Origin: Gekko japonicus
Lineage: Eukaryota
Direction: 5' to 3'
DNA length: 64,000 nt
NCBI RefSeq assembly: GCF_001447785.1
Contig: NW_015177016.1
Coordinates: 524,502-588,501 of the forward strand
The translations under genes were made by a program, and so were the position numbers. The notes beneath the pieces are model-generated. The model saw only the letters and a program-made list of their open reading frames with translations, did not search any database and had not been told where the DNA came from. Shown here one piece after another: positions 50,658 to 61,644 of the stretch; the first letter of the stretch is position 1; every line of letters begins with the position of its first letter.

Positions 50658-50986
50658 TAGGGTTGCCAAGTGTATCTTCACCGGGAGCGGGGGGCTCCCG
50701 GCCGGCATCTTGTGTGTGTGTGCACGCACTGCGCGCACGTCACCTGGAAGTGACGGGAGGACGCCAGGCACGCTGGGGGCGGGGCCATGGCCATACAAGG
50801 GAAAACCATAGAGTTTTCCCTTGTATGGCTGTGGCCCCGCCCCCAGCATGCCCGGTGTGCTCACGTCACTTCCTGATGACGCGAACGCTGGGGTGGGGTT
50901 CCCCCGGGGGCCCGATTCCGCGGCGGCAGAAATCGGGCCTCGAAAGCGGGGGTTTACCCACCCCCCGCCCCCACTTGGCAGCCCTA
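50658..50986. mobile_element. hAT-Blackjack-type GC-rich MITE with internal palindrome (copy 2)
   Basis: tagggttgccaagtg / cacttggcagcccta; perfect TSD tccactcc (50650-50657 / 50987-50994). Confidence 0.9.
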
Positions 50987-51205
50987 TCCACTCCTGAAAG
51001 ACGGGGAAACATTATGTAATGACATTATGGGGTACACAGGACTGCTGCTGACGGGAATTGGCAGAAATCAGACATCTCTCCCCCCTTGTGTGAGCTGAAC
51101 TTTTGTCTGAGCAACAAGCTGTTTTGATCAAAGTGTTTCTATCTTTTTTCAGTGTCTGCTGCTAAACATAATGTTTTATGCTTCTGAATTATTTTTATTT
51201 TTCAG

Positions 51206-51319
51206 AACATTTCAGAGTAGTTTTAATGATCCCATTCCTTCACTTGTTTTGGAACCTCCTGTTAGCCAACCATTACACTGGTTATACGGAATAACAGAAT
51301 TTTCCCCTTCATTTCTTAA
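51206..51319 (+). CDS. KIAA0825: KIAA0825 internal coding exon, phase 2 to 2
   Basis: tttttcag|A ACA ... CTTAA|gtgagt. TFQSSFNDPIPSLVLEPPVSQPLHWLYGITEFSPSFL(K); phase-compatible on both sides. Confidence 0.88.
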
Positions 51320-51842
51320 GTGAGTATCTCCAGGTGATGTTGTAGAATGGAAACTGTTATATTCCTGTGTTGCATACTGATACTTTTATTGCCAATAAAG
51401 TTTAATATTTTAAATCTAGTGTGAAAAAGCTATTAGAATTTTATGAAATTATATCTTCTGTATAAATGGAACCAGTCCAGATAAGGAATGTAAACCATTC
51501 TTTATCCATATCCAAGGGATTCGGAGTGAGTCATGGGACCATGTAAACCTTCATCTTGCCTCTTCTGTGTATAATTCAAAGTCTGTCTATCCCTTCCTCA
51601 CTGGACATTCACCTTAACTATGGTTAATGCCTACTAAATCTGGCAACCGTAGTTTCAAGCCAGTTTGAAACCTTGTTCATGTTAACTATGTTTAGGACTT
51701 GTGATGGGGATTCATACCAGGTAGAGAATGTTCCAATGCCCATAAGCTGTTAACAAACCATGATAGATTTGTTCAAGCCCCTAAAAATTCAAAGCTGTCT
51801 TTAGTTTACAAATATATTTGTAAGATGGTATTTAATTGAGTT

Positions 51843-51990
51843 AGAATCATAGACTCAGAGTTGGAAGGAACCTCCAGCATCATCTAGTCCAACCCCCTGC
51901 ACAATGCAGGAAATTCACAAATACCTCCCTCCACGTCCCCAGTGACTGCTGTTCCACACCCAGAAGATGACAAAAAACCTCCAGGATGAG
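51843..51990 (-). mobile_element. CR1 3' UTR fragment
   Basis: agaatcatagactcagagttggaaggaacctcc..catctagtccaaccccctgc. Confidence 0.75.
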
Positions 51991-53399
51991 TGGTTTTTAG
52001 GATCCCAGGCTGGGGGTGGGAAGCTGACTTTTACCTGCTGAATTAAAGCTGGAGGGTGGAGGTGATTCTAAATCAGCTTTCTACTGCAAGTCCAGGAAAG
52101 GAATGCCACCACCTCATTTTCCTGGTGGCTTCTGTGAACTCTGGGATGACTACACAGGGCCCCTCTTCCTCTGAGGAGTCCTCACTGTCACTGAACCCTG
52201 GCTGGTCCATGACACCTTGTTTCTTATGTAAGCAGTGGTTTGGAAATAATATAACTCAGCAAGGATGATTGTACTCCAGGGGTCTGCAACCTATAGCTCC
52301 TGAACCAAATGTCTCTTTGAAAATAAAACAAAATATTTAAATTAAGGGATATTGGAGGAATAGGTTGGATGCTAAATAACCAGTATATTAAGCGAATAAC
52401 AGGAAAACTCAAGGAGGAAGGGGGCTTGCCTTGCCCCTTCCAGGCTGCAAGTGCCATTGAGTTGCTGAGGGGACTACAGTTCCAAAGGGACCTTTGTCTA
52501 GGGCAGCTGTAGTAGAAAAGCCCCTGTCTGCCTGATGTCCTGAAGGGTTTGTCATAGAGTTGGGAATTATCGCAAACTAACTTTCTAGCATTTTGGATTA
52601 GGGGAATGGTGAGGTGCCTGAATGCATACATGCATGTATGTATTGCAGTAACTACGACCAAGAATATTTATGGGTTTGACTTCTATGTGCTTTACAAATT
52701 GTGGTATTAGTGTGTTTTTATAATATTTTATTTATATTGTTAAGCAGCTTTGCATTCCGCATAGGAAAAAGGCAGCTAATAAATGTTTTAAATCAATAAA
52801 TAAAGCAAAGGTTTTTATAGGACTAAAGGGCTTAGATATGCTTTACAGAAAGGGAAATGATAGAGGTGAACAGTTGCCAGTAATCCAGGTGCAAATCATG
52901 TGCAGATTTATGCCTAAATCATTTAGGGTGCTTCTGTGTATATTTATTACGTATTGGGATACATTGTCTGTGCTACTTCCTATTAAGGGACTTGCAACAA
53001 CCAATGTGGCCATAGAAATTATGAAATACGTGTGTTATGTGTTTTCAGTTATGCAAACTAGCTTCCTTATGCTGGCTATTTGTTGATCTCCTGTTGATGC
53101 TGTTTGGCTCTTTGATTTTAAAAGGTTACTGACCCTTGCTGTAATATTTTATGGTTTAAGGAAATAGGCAAACCTTTATTTGAATAAGTAGCTATTTTGG
53201 GATAGGCTACATAATTCTGGAAAGCACTCCTTTTCATTGTGTTGTTCAGATTGGTATTTTTAGAAGTTATCACATGTTTAGAAGCAAATGAATGATTTTC
53301 TTGCTGTTTGAATAAGTATAATAATGATTTACATATGAGACATATGCTATCAGCTGTACTGTCATTCCCTGGCTAACTTTGGACCAGTGGTCCTTCCAC

Positions 53400-54510
53400 A
53401 TCCATTTTACAGTCTATTTATGCTCCCCACAACATTTTGGAGTGTGCATTTTCCCCGGGGACTTCCATTTTTGGGAAAGTGAATGTTATTTTTCACCACT
53501 ATCAGGTGGCCCTCTCTAAAAGCTTGCAATTTATCGAGAATGTCTTGGAGGAAAATAATCTGTACTGAATTTGGAGCGTAAATGGAGGCAAAGGTCCATA
53601 TCAAGCCATTTATTATACCTTTGATGAAGCTATAACGCCCCATGGGATCTAAGAGACGCCAATGTTGGATCAGGCCAAAGGCCCATCCCCTCCAACACCC
53701 TGTGTCACACAGTGGACAGAAATACCAGTGCCATCAGGAGATCCACCAGTGGGGCCAGGACATTAGAAGCCCTCCCACTGTTGACCCCCCCAAGCACCAA
53801 GAAGACAGAGCATCACTTGCCCCAGAGCTCCTATCTATACCTTGTGGCTAATACCCACTGATGGACCTCTACTCCATATGCTTATCTAATTCCCTTTTGA
53901 AGCCGTCCATGCTTGTAGTTGCCACCACTTCCTGTGGCAGTGAATTCCATGTGTTAATCACTCTTTGGGTGAAGAAGTACTTCCTTTTATCTGTTCTAAC
54001 CCGACCGCTCAGCAGTTTCATGGAGTGCCCACGAGTTCTTGTATTGTGAGAAAGGGAGAAAAGTACCTCTTTCTCTACCTGCTCTTTCCCATGCATAATC
54101 TTATAAACCTCGATCATGTCACCCCTCAGTCGTCTTTTCTCCAAGCTAAAGAGCCCTAAGCGCCTTAACCGTTCCTCATAGGGAAAGTGTTCCAACCCTT
54201 TTATCATTCGAGTTGCCCTTTTCTGCACTTTTTCCAAAGCTATAATATCCTTTTTAAGGTGTGGTGAAATCTGTACTGAATTTGGAGCGTAAATGGAGGC
54301 AAAGGTCCATATCAATCCATTTATTGTGCCTTTGATGAAAATATGATGTCCCATGGGATCTACTTCCTTCTCTTTCAGAATAAAATTAGTCCGTTTTGCC
54401 AAGATTATGGCCACTCCTCTCGATTTTGAGGAACCCGAAGCCATAAACTGTTGTGGGAACCTAGCTGATTTTAACAGAGGGTGTGTAGTTGAGCTGGACA
54501 TGACCTGGCG
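53400..54510 (-). mobile_element. L1/Tx1-type endonuclease fragment split by a CR1 3' fragment (53651-54267)
   Basis: APE motifs SKSRGVAIIL..DPMGHHIFIKG..ASIYAPN..FLQDILDKL..GHLIV; CR1 ORF2 C-terminus of the same subfamily as 13469-13963. Confidence 0.85.
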
Positions 54511-54539
54511 GATGCAATGGAGGCAGAGAAATAAGAGCG

Positions 54540-55320
54540 CTTTGCTGCCTTCACTGCCACTTCATAGGACTTCAAGCGGGCTATATAAAGTGTTCTTGTT
54601 GCTTTGTCATGTTCATTGCCAGCACCAGTCTAGCCTTCTAAGCCCCCTTTTTACGATCCTTAGTTCATCCTTATACCAGGGAGCCAAGGTAGTATGATAG
54701 CAAAGAGGGCACTGGGGAGCAAATGGGGTGAATGGTCTCCTGAAGGCCCAGATTTCAGGCATCAGTGATTTCATCAAGGGAGATGCCAGCAGAGCCAGAC
54801 AAATCCCACAGAATGTTCTGAAATCTGATTGGATCCATGATGCTCTGCAGCCCAGCATAATTAAGTTCCTGCAGAGGGAGGAGGCAAATCTCAAACTGAC
54901 CTTCATAAGGTAAATGATCAGCCCATGGCACTGGTTTGCAAAGTGATGCTGAATCCAGTTCAATAGCTGCACAAAAGATCAGATCCAGCGTGTGGCCTGC
55001 TCTGTGCATGGGGACCAGTATAACCTGGGAGAGTTCTAATGATGCCATGGCAGTCATAAAGTCTAAAGAGGTACCAAACAAGGCAGCGTCAGCGTGGACA
55101 TGGAAGTCTCCCAAAACTATCAGTTTGGAGAAATGCCAGGCCCACTCTGCCACCGCCTCTAGTAAGCTGGGTGGATGGTAAACCTGCAAGACTTCCACTC
55201 TCTCCCTGGCACCCCACGCCAGGTCTACACATTCAGTGCTGGCAATATTTGGTGCAGGAAGCTGCTTGAAGGAGAAAGAATCCTGGATAAGAATTGCTTT
55301 CCTCTCCATCTTCCCATTTG
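54540..55320 (-). mobile_element. L2 LINE endonuclease-region fragment
   Basis: VYHPP..LIVLGDFHVH..LSQVI..PMHRAGHTLDLIF; APWYKDELR..KR.LRRL. Confidence 0.85.
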
Positions 55321-58045
55321 CAGTTGATGAAGGACCAAGTATCCTGGGGGAGTCAGCTAAGTGAGAGCCACCACTTCACCCTCATCCACCCAGATCTCAG
55401 TCAAGCATGCCAGGTCAAAATTGCCTTTCCTAATAAATCCTGTTGTTGTTGTTGTTGTTGTCTAAATAGGCACCACACAAGGCTTTTACTGTCAGAAACC
55501 AAGTCTTGAAGGCTGGCAGTGCTGTGGTAGTTGCCTCGCAGCTGTGCTGCAGATTTATAGTGCACCAAAAAAAACCACAGTCAGTATGACTGATCCAATG
55601 TCATCTAGTGAGCACCATGACAGAGTAGGAATTGAAACCAGGGTTCCCAGATCCTCTTTCAAAACTCTTAACAGCTACACCACACTGGCTTTAACACTTG
55701 CCCTTTTATTTCCTATGTGCTTGTAGAATATGTCATTCCATTAGTATTTACTAAAACTGGCTGTTGTTGAACAGTAGCAAATAGCCGGGGCTTGGTGAAT
55801 CATGCAAGCCATGTGGTTGCTGGACCTGATGAGTCCTCCCTCAAAGACCAAAGCAGCCCTGGAAAGATCAGATCCAGCGTGTGGCCTGCTCTGTGCATGG
55901 GGACCAGTATAACCTGGGAGAGTTCTAATGATGCCATGGCAGTCATAAAGTCTAAAGAGGCACCAGACAAGGCTTTTACTGTCAGAAACCAAGTCTTGAA
56001 GGCTGGCAGTGCTGTGGTAGTTGCCTCGCAACAGCCACTGAGGAGATTAGTTTGTTAAAGCCACAGGGATTGCCCCTGTCTTTTGGGTGGGTTTTAACCC
56101 CCCAACTTCTTTTTAAAGATTTCTCTGCGAACCTGGAACTTTTCTCACATTTGTAAAAGTTCTCATCTATCCATGGCTCCAGACTTTAGATTTGAGTATC
56201 CACAGATGGCACCATGTTGAGATTTAGATGAATTGATTATAAATATTGACCTTTATTTAGTGACTGTGCAATATTAAACATAGTTACAGCCTTCTAAATG
56301 CATCAAAATCAATGGGCTTAGAAGGCTATAGTTCAATTTATGACTGCACTGTAAGAACCCTGTCTTAAGCTCTGTTGATTCTCTGTATGTTTGCAGAAGA
56401 GCAGGATTTCCATTTGAACATAGTTATGGTGCAGTAGATTTACAGGGTTTTGTGTCAGTGATTGTTCTGTGGCCCCAGTACAGCTCAGTGATACCATGCT
56501 AGGGTACCTGTACTTTGTTATATGATTTGGAGAAAGTGAGGCTGCCAGTAGCTCTTCTGTGAGGTATCAAATTATAATAGCTGGCCTCAAATTGCACTAC
56601 TTTTATGGGAGTCAATGCAAATCATCACTTGCTCTTTTCTTATTACAGAACTAAACATTTCTGTGTACCATATTTATATATAGTTCACCTTTTGCCTCAT
56701 CATGTGGTTAGCCTTATATTCACAACTACATGAGCTTGGAGGATGAGAGAACATATGCCTCTCCATATGTCCAGTATAAAATTTTCAGGGCCTTTACTGG
56801 TGTTAGCATCCTGACTGCAGGGAATGTCTACAGTACTCTATTTTCCCTCTGAGTGAATAACGTCATTGTACATTTCCATTTGCATGATGCTATAAGAGCC
56901 AAGAACAAGTAAATATACTGAAAGGCAATAACAGCCCATCTGGTCAATGACAGTTAAGTTTTATTACTACCCCCAGTGCTGTATTAGTTGATTTAAATAT
57001 TACTGGTGAAATACCTAACTGTCCAAAGACCTTGATTTTGTCACAGATAGGAATTGGAGGGAAATGCTGCTGCTAACTTGCACAGTGTTACTTATGCAAT
57101 GATAGAAGTGAAGTTGTAAAAGCAAGAGTAATAAAAAGGAGCTAAGACCAATTTACTGAATGTTATGAAATAAATTAGAAATCTGAAATTGTTTGTTTAT
57201 TGGACAATCAATCATAGAATTCAGCTATAAAAGATTTTAAAAGCCTTTAAATTCAATATATATTTCCTGCAGAGATGCAGATATGAGTGAATTTCTCTAG
57301 GCAGTCCAGGTTTGAATATGGAAATAGCTCAGTAGTCTCAAAGAACAACAGTTTGGACCTACATATGATTTTTTTTCTTGCAAATAAATGAAAGCACTAA
57401 TGTGAAGCCAAATGAGCTTACTTTCAAATTTAACTTTAAAAAGTGTATTTTATTTTTCTCTCCCTTTCTGTAAAGAACTTGAGTAGGGGCATAATGTACT
57501 GGGAAGTTCCCCCATATAAGCCTCAGGGAAATCAACGGGAACTGTCCGAGAGAAAGGTAGTTTATCTATTTAAGCATGAAGAGCTGAGAGTAATGTATTT
57601 GATTTGATTTGATTGATTGATTAGATTTTTACCCTGCCCTCCTGGCTGAATTCAGCTCAGGGCGGCTTACACAAGAACAGAATAAAATTTCCAATAATAT
57701 AATATAAAATTATCAAACATCACTTAATACAAATAACAAAGCTAAAACTATAGATATAATAAAGTGCTAGTAACTTGATTTCCTCATCTTGCAGTCAGCT
57801 CCTTGATCTTCTTTAGTTGTCCTGGGCGATTAGCTCAGGCAGTAATTAGAGGATCCAAGGGGTCAGGGCTCTCCCATCATAGGCTGTCAGGTGTTAATAG
57901 TGGTGGTGGTAGCTCCAAAGGTCTGGTGGAAGAGCTCCGTTTTACAGGCCCTGCAGAACTGTAAAAGGTCCCACAGGGCCCTGGTCACTTCTGGCAGTTC
58001 ATTCCACCAGAGTGGAGCCGCCACCGAAAACAGCCTGGCCCTAGT

Positions 58046-58223
58046 ATTTACTAAAACTGGAAAGGGGGGGGGGGCTCAACCCAAGATAAGACTGCGAACC
58101 AAAGGGCTAAGCGAACAACGTATATTATAAAAGTACAAATATTTATTAGGGTGTACACATGTTAAAACATATACTGATAAAAATCTTTATCTAAGTATCC
58201 TACTGAAGACCAAACGCGTTTCT
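58046..58223. mobile_element. Short insertion in L2, possibly a Penelope pLTR fragment
   Basis: Interrupts the L2 sequence gccctagt|...|aacctagcctcc; ends in ccaaacgcgtttc, antisense of the GAAACGCGT motif seen in PLE pLTRs. Confidence 0.45.
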
Positions 58224-58544
58224 AACCTAGCCTCCTTGATGCTCAGAAGGACCAGCCGGTTCTGGGTCCCTGATTGCAGTGCTCTCTGGGGTACATATGG
58301 GGAAAGGTGGTCCCTCAGGTATGTAGGTTTCTGGCCATAAAGGGCATTAAAGGTAATAACCAGCACCTTGAAATGAATCCAGTATGCTATAGGCAGCCAG
58401 TGCAATGTCTTTAGCACAGGTTGGAGGTGTTCCCAAATAAGGAGTCCCATCAAAAGCCTGGCTGCGGCATTTTGTGCTAGCTGCAGCTTCTGGATTTGAG
58501 ACAAGGGCAGCCCCATGTAGAGGGCATTATAGTAATCCAATCTC

Positions 58545-60794
58545 TCTCTCTCTCTCTTTTAATAATATATTTATTGGTTTTTTAAACACAAAAAAATAAC
58601 AAGACATATACACAAAGAGACATATTCATCTTAGCTTCTCCAAAATATTCTCACAAAACATAGCATACAAAATTCGACTTAATTTCGTTTTCTCGTCCAT
58701 ACATCACTAATTTCCAAGTTTCTCCAATAAATTCATCCCTTTAATCTGACTTTGAAACAATTAATTTTGCAAACATATCTTCTTCTATCACACCTAAACC
58801 ATTTACTTATTATTTAATCTCAAAAACCTTACACAAAGAGAATTATTTATTTTCCCTAAATTAATACCCGACATATCAAGTCTCCTCATAATTTTTAGCT
58901 GCTGTTACTTTATACTCTTATTTATTGCTTCTGTTATCATTTTCTAGATTCCAAAATGGAAACCAACACCAGCGCCTATACGCCTATATATTGTTTTTTT
59001 TCAATTAATCTAATTTTCAACTCCTTTATGACTCTACCAAAATGTATACCTAATACTTTACCAAATAAGGCACCTATTCTTATACCATAATCACCTCACT
59101 GGTATCCAATCTTCTTATTTTTCATCCTGAAATCTGTTTAAACTAATATAACTAATACATTTGTTAATACTATTATTAAAGTCCAACTCAAATTTACTTT
59201 CAGTATTAAACAGTATCCAAATAAAAAATTTAAGTCAGCCTTCATATAACCTCAATATATTTCTCAACTATTCATCATTACTCAAAAACAGTTAACAAAA
59301 CCATTATCTAAGGTTCCAACTTAAATTATAGCTGTATTCTAATTCCTTATTTCGTTATTTCTTATTTTGCAGCTTAACATCTGTTTAAACTAATATAACT
59401 AGTGTAATTATTTGAATCTGACTCAAATTTACTTACGTTCAGTGTTTAACAAAATCCTTAAGAAAATTAAATAAACCATCCAATGACACGGATATGTTTC
59501 CCAGCCACTCATCATTACTCCCAGAAATTTAAAAAACATAATCCAAAATTCAAATCATATTGCATTTTTCTTTCCCTGATTTTCTGAAACTTCTTTTTTG
59601 CCAGAACCATACTTACATGTCTTAAATCCTTGTAAAGGTGAGATTCCATTTTTAACTCTTGCCCTTTTATTTCCTATGTGCTTGTAGAATATGTCATTCC
59701 ATTAGCTTTATGTCTTTTCTTGGCTCTGATATTTTTGGTATTTTTCCTTATATATTTCCTTGTATTTTTCAATAGCTTCTTTTTTGCCAGAACCATATTT
59801 AAACGTCTTAGTTCTTTGTAAAGGTGAAGTTCCACTTTTAGCTCTTGTCCTTTTACTTCCAACGTGTTTGTAAGATATGTCTTTCCATTAGCATTCTGTC
59901 CTTTCTTGGCTCTGATATGTTTGGCGTTTTTCCTTGTATTTTTCCCCGTGTTCCATTTAGCCCTCCTGGTCGGTTTATTATGTAGTGAATCTTGGTAGCC
60001 TCCTTTTTCTGTTTCTAACTCCAGATTTGTACTAACCACTTGATTAATTTGGCTCTCACGTCCCATTATAGATTGAGTCACAATATCTTGTGGTAAATTT
60101 TCTTGGTTACATTGCTGCGATAATAAAAGCTCTTCCTCATCCTTCTCCTTTAAAACAAGATCCAGTGGTCTCTCCCGGAGATTCTCGAATGCCGTCTTAA
60201 GTGCTTGTTCAGTTTCATCACATAAAAGTTTTTTAAACAGCTCACAGGTTAATCGCATGATTGGTGTATTTTGCTCTTCCTCCGTTTCCTCCATTTCAAA
60301 TGCCATTTTCTTAATTTCACCTTTTACCCCACTGATAGTTTTTAAGTGCTTTTTACTCCCCGTTTCTCTTCCCAGCCATTCTTCCAATAATGGGGGTCAT
60401 TCAAGGGGTTTTATAATACTAAATGACAGATTTTACAGTTTGAATTTGTACTCACATTTAATTCCTTGTTTTTCCTTGTTTTGTTGCATATCATGTTTTG
60501 TATTAATTCATTAGTCTCTAAAAAGGGCGGTTGCATCTTTGCAATTCATGGTGGCCATGATTGCGCCATTCCCTGTCTCCGCATTGAAACATTCTCCTCC
60601 ACCCTCATTCGTTGCTACTCACGGGGTATCCAAGCAAGTCTCCTGCTCCCAGCCTCCCTCCAGGAGGTCTGGTGAAGCCCAACAAAGGTCCCAGGGACCC
60701 CGGGGAGCCCCCAAAAGACAAGGAAGAATGGGGTTGATCAGGAGCAACCCGAACGAACGCCTGCGACAGCACGCTGCTGCCCCCTGCTGTCTCC
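58545..60794 (-). mobile_element. Non-autonomous non-LTR retroposon (HAL1/half-LINE-like architecture), 2250 bp
   Basis: 16-bp TSD atagtaatccaatctc (58529-58544) / atagtaattcaatctc (60795-60810); GC-rich 5' leader; single ORF; T-rich 3' region ending AATAAA..AAAA(GA)n; no EN/RT. Confidence 0.82.
59674..60387 (-). CDS. 237-aa ORF of the retroposon: acidic/coiled-coil-like N-half plus duplicated basic repeat; unknown product, probably prematurely stopped
   Basis: From the ORF track. The repeat KNTRK..K.IRAKK..ANG.TY..T.E.KGQELK.E.HLYK.LR...MVLAKKK continues in frame past the TAG at 59674-59676. Confidence 0.55.
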   Translation of the reverse strand: MEEWLGRETGSKKHLKTISGVKGEIKKMAFEMEETEEEQNTPIMRLTCELFKKLLCDETEQALKTAFENLRERPLDLVLKEKDEEELLLSQQCNQENLPQDIVTQSIMGRESQINQVVSTNLELETEKGGYQDSLHNKPTRRAKWNTGKNTRKNAKHIRAKKGQNANGKTYLTNTLEVKGQELKVELHLYKELRRLNMVLAKKKLLKNTRKYIRKNTKNIRAKKRHKANGMTYSTST

Positions 60795-61332
60795 ATAGTA
60801 ATTCAATCTCGAGGTGACCATCACGTGGGTCACTTTTTCCAGGTCGTTGCATTCGAGGAAGGGAACCAACTGCTAAACAGCCAAAGATGGTAAAAGGCTG
60901 ACTTGGCAGTGGCTGCTACCTGGGCCTCCATTGTTAAGGAAGCATCTAGAAGCACTCCCAGACTCCTAACCTCTGGCGCTGGACCCAATGGTGCCCCATC
61001 GAAGGTCGGGAGCGGGATCCAGACCCTCGGACCGCTCCGGCTTAGGCACAGGACCTCCACCTTCATTGAATTCAATTTCAGCCAGCTCAACCTAAGCCAG
61101 CCAGCCACAGCTTGTAACACCTGGTCTAGATCTTCTGGTTTGGAGTCGGACTGGCCGCCCAACATTAGATAGAGCTGGGTGACATCCACGTACTGGTGAC
61201 AGCCCAGTCCATGTCTCCGGGCAATCTGGGCAAGAGGGCACATATAGATGTTGAAAAGCATCGGGAACAACACTGCTCCTTGAGGCACTCCACATTCCAG
61301 TGGATGCCTTTGGGACAGCTGATCCCCTAGCA

Positions 61333-61644
61333 CAGGGGTAGCCAAACTGTGGCTCAGGAGCCGCATGCGGCTCTTTCAGACATATTGTGCGGCTCCCGGC
61401 AGGGTGGCTGGGGAAGCTAAGTATCATTAACAGACAAATATCATTGCACAAATAAATATCATTGTCAATATCTGCTTTTACCACTTTTGTTATTATTTCT
61501 GGCAGTCTAGTTTAATGTTAATAAAAAGCAAACCTGCATATTTCCAAGTAAAAACGTGTAATGTTTGTTCATGCCTTGCGGCTCTCAAACATCTGACGTT
61601 TTATTCTATGTGGCTCTTACGTTAAGCGAGTTTGGCCACCCCTG
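61333..61644. mobile_element. hAT-Charlie-type MITE (312 bp) inserted in L2 RT
   Basis: caggggtagccaaact / agtttggccacccctg; perfect TSD ccctagca (61325-61332 / 61645-61652). Confidence 0.92.
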
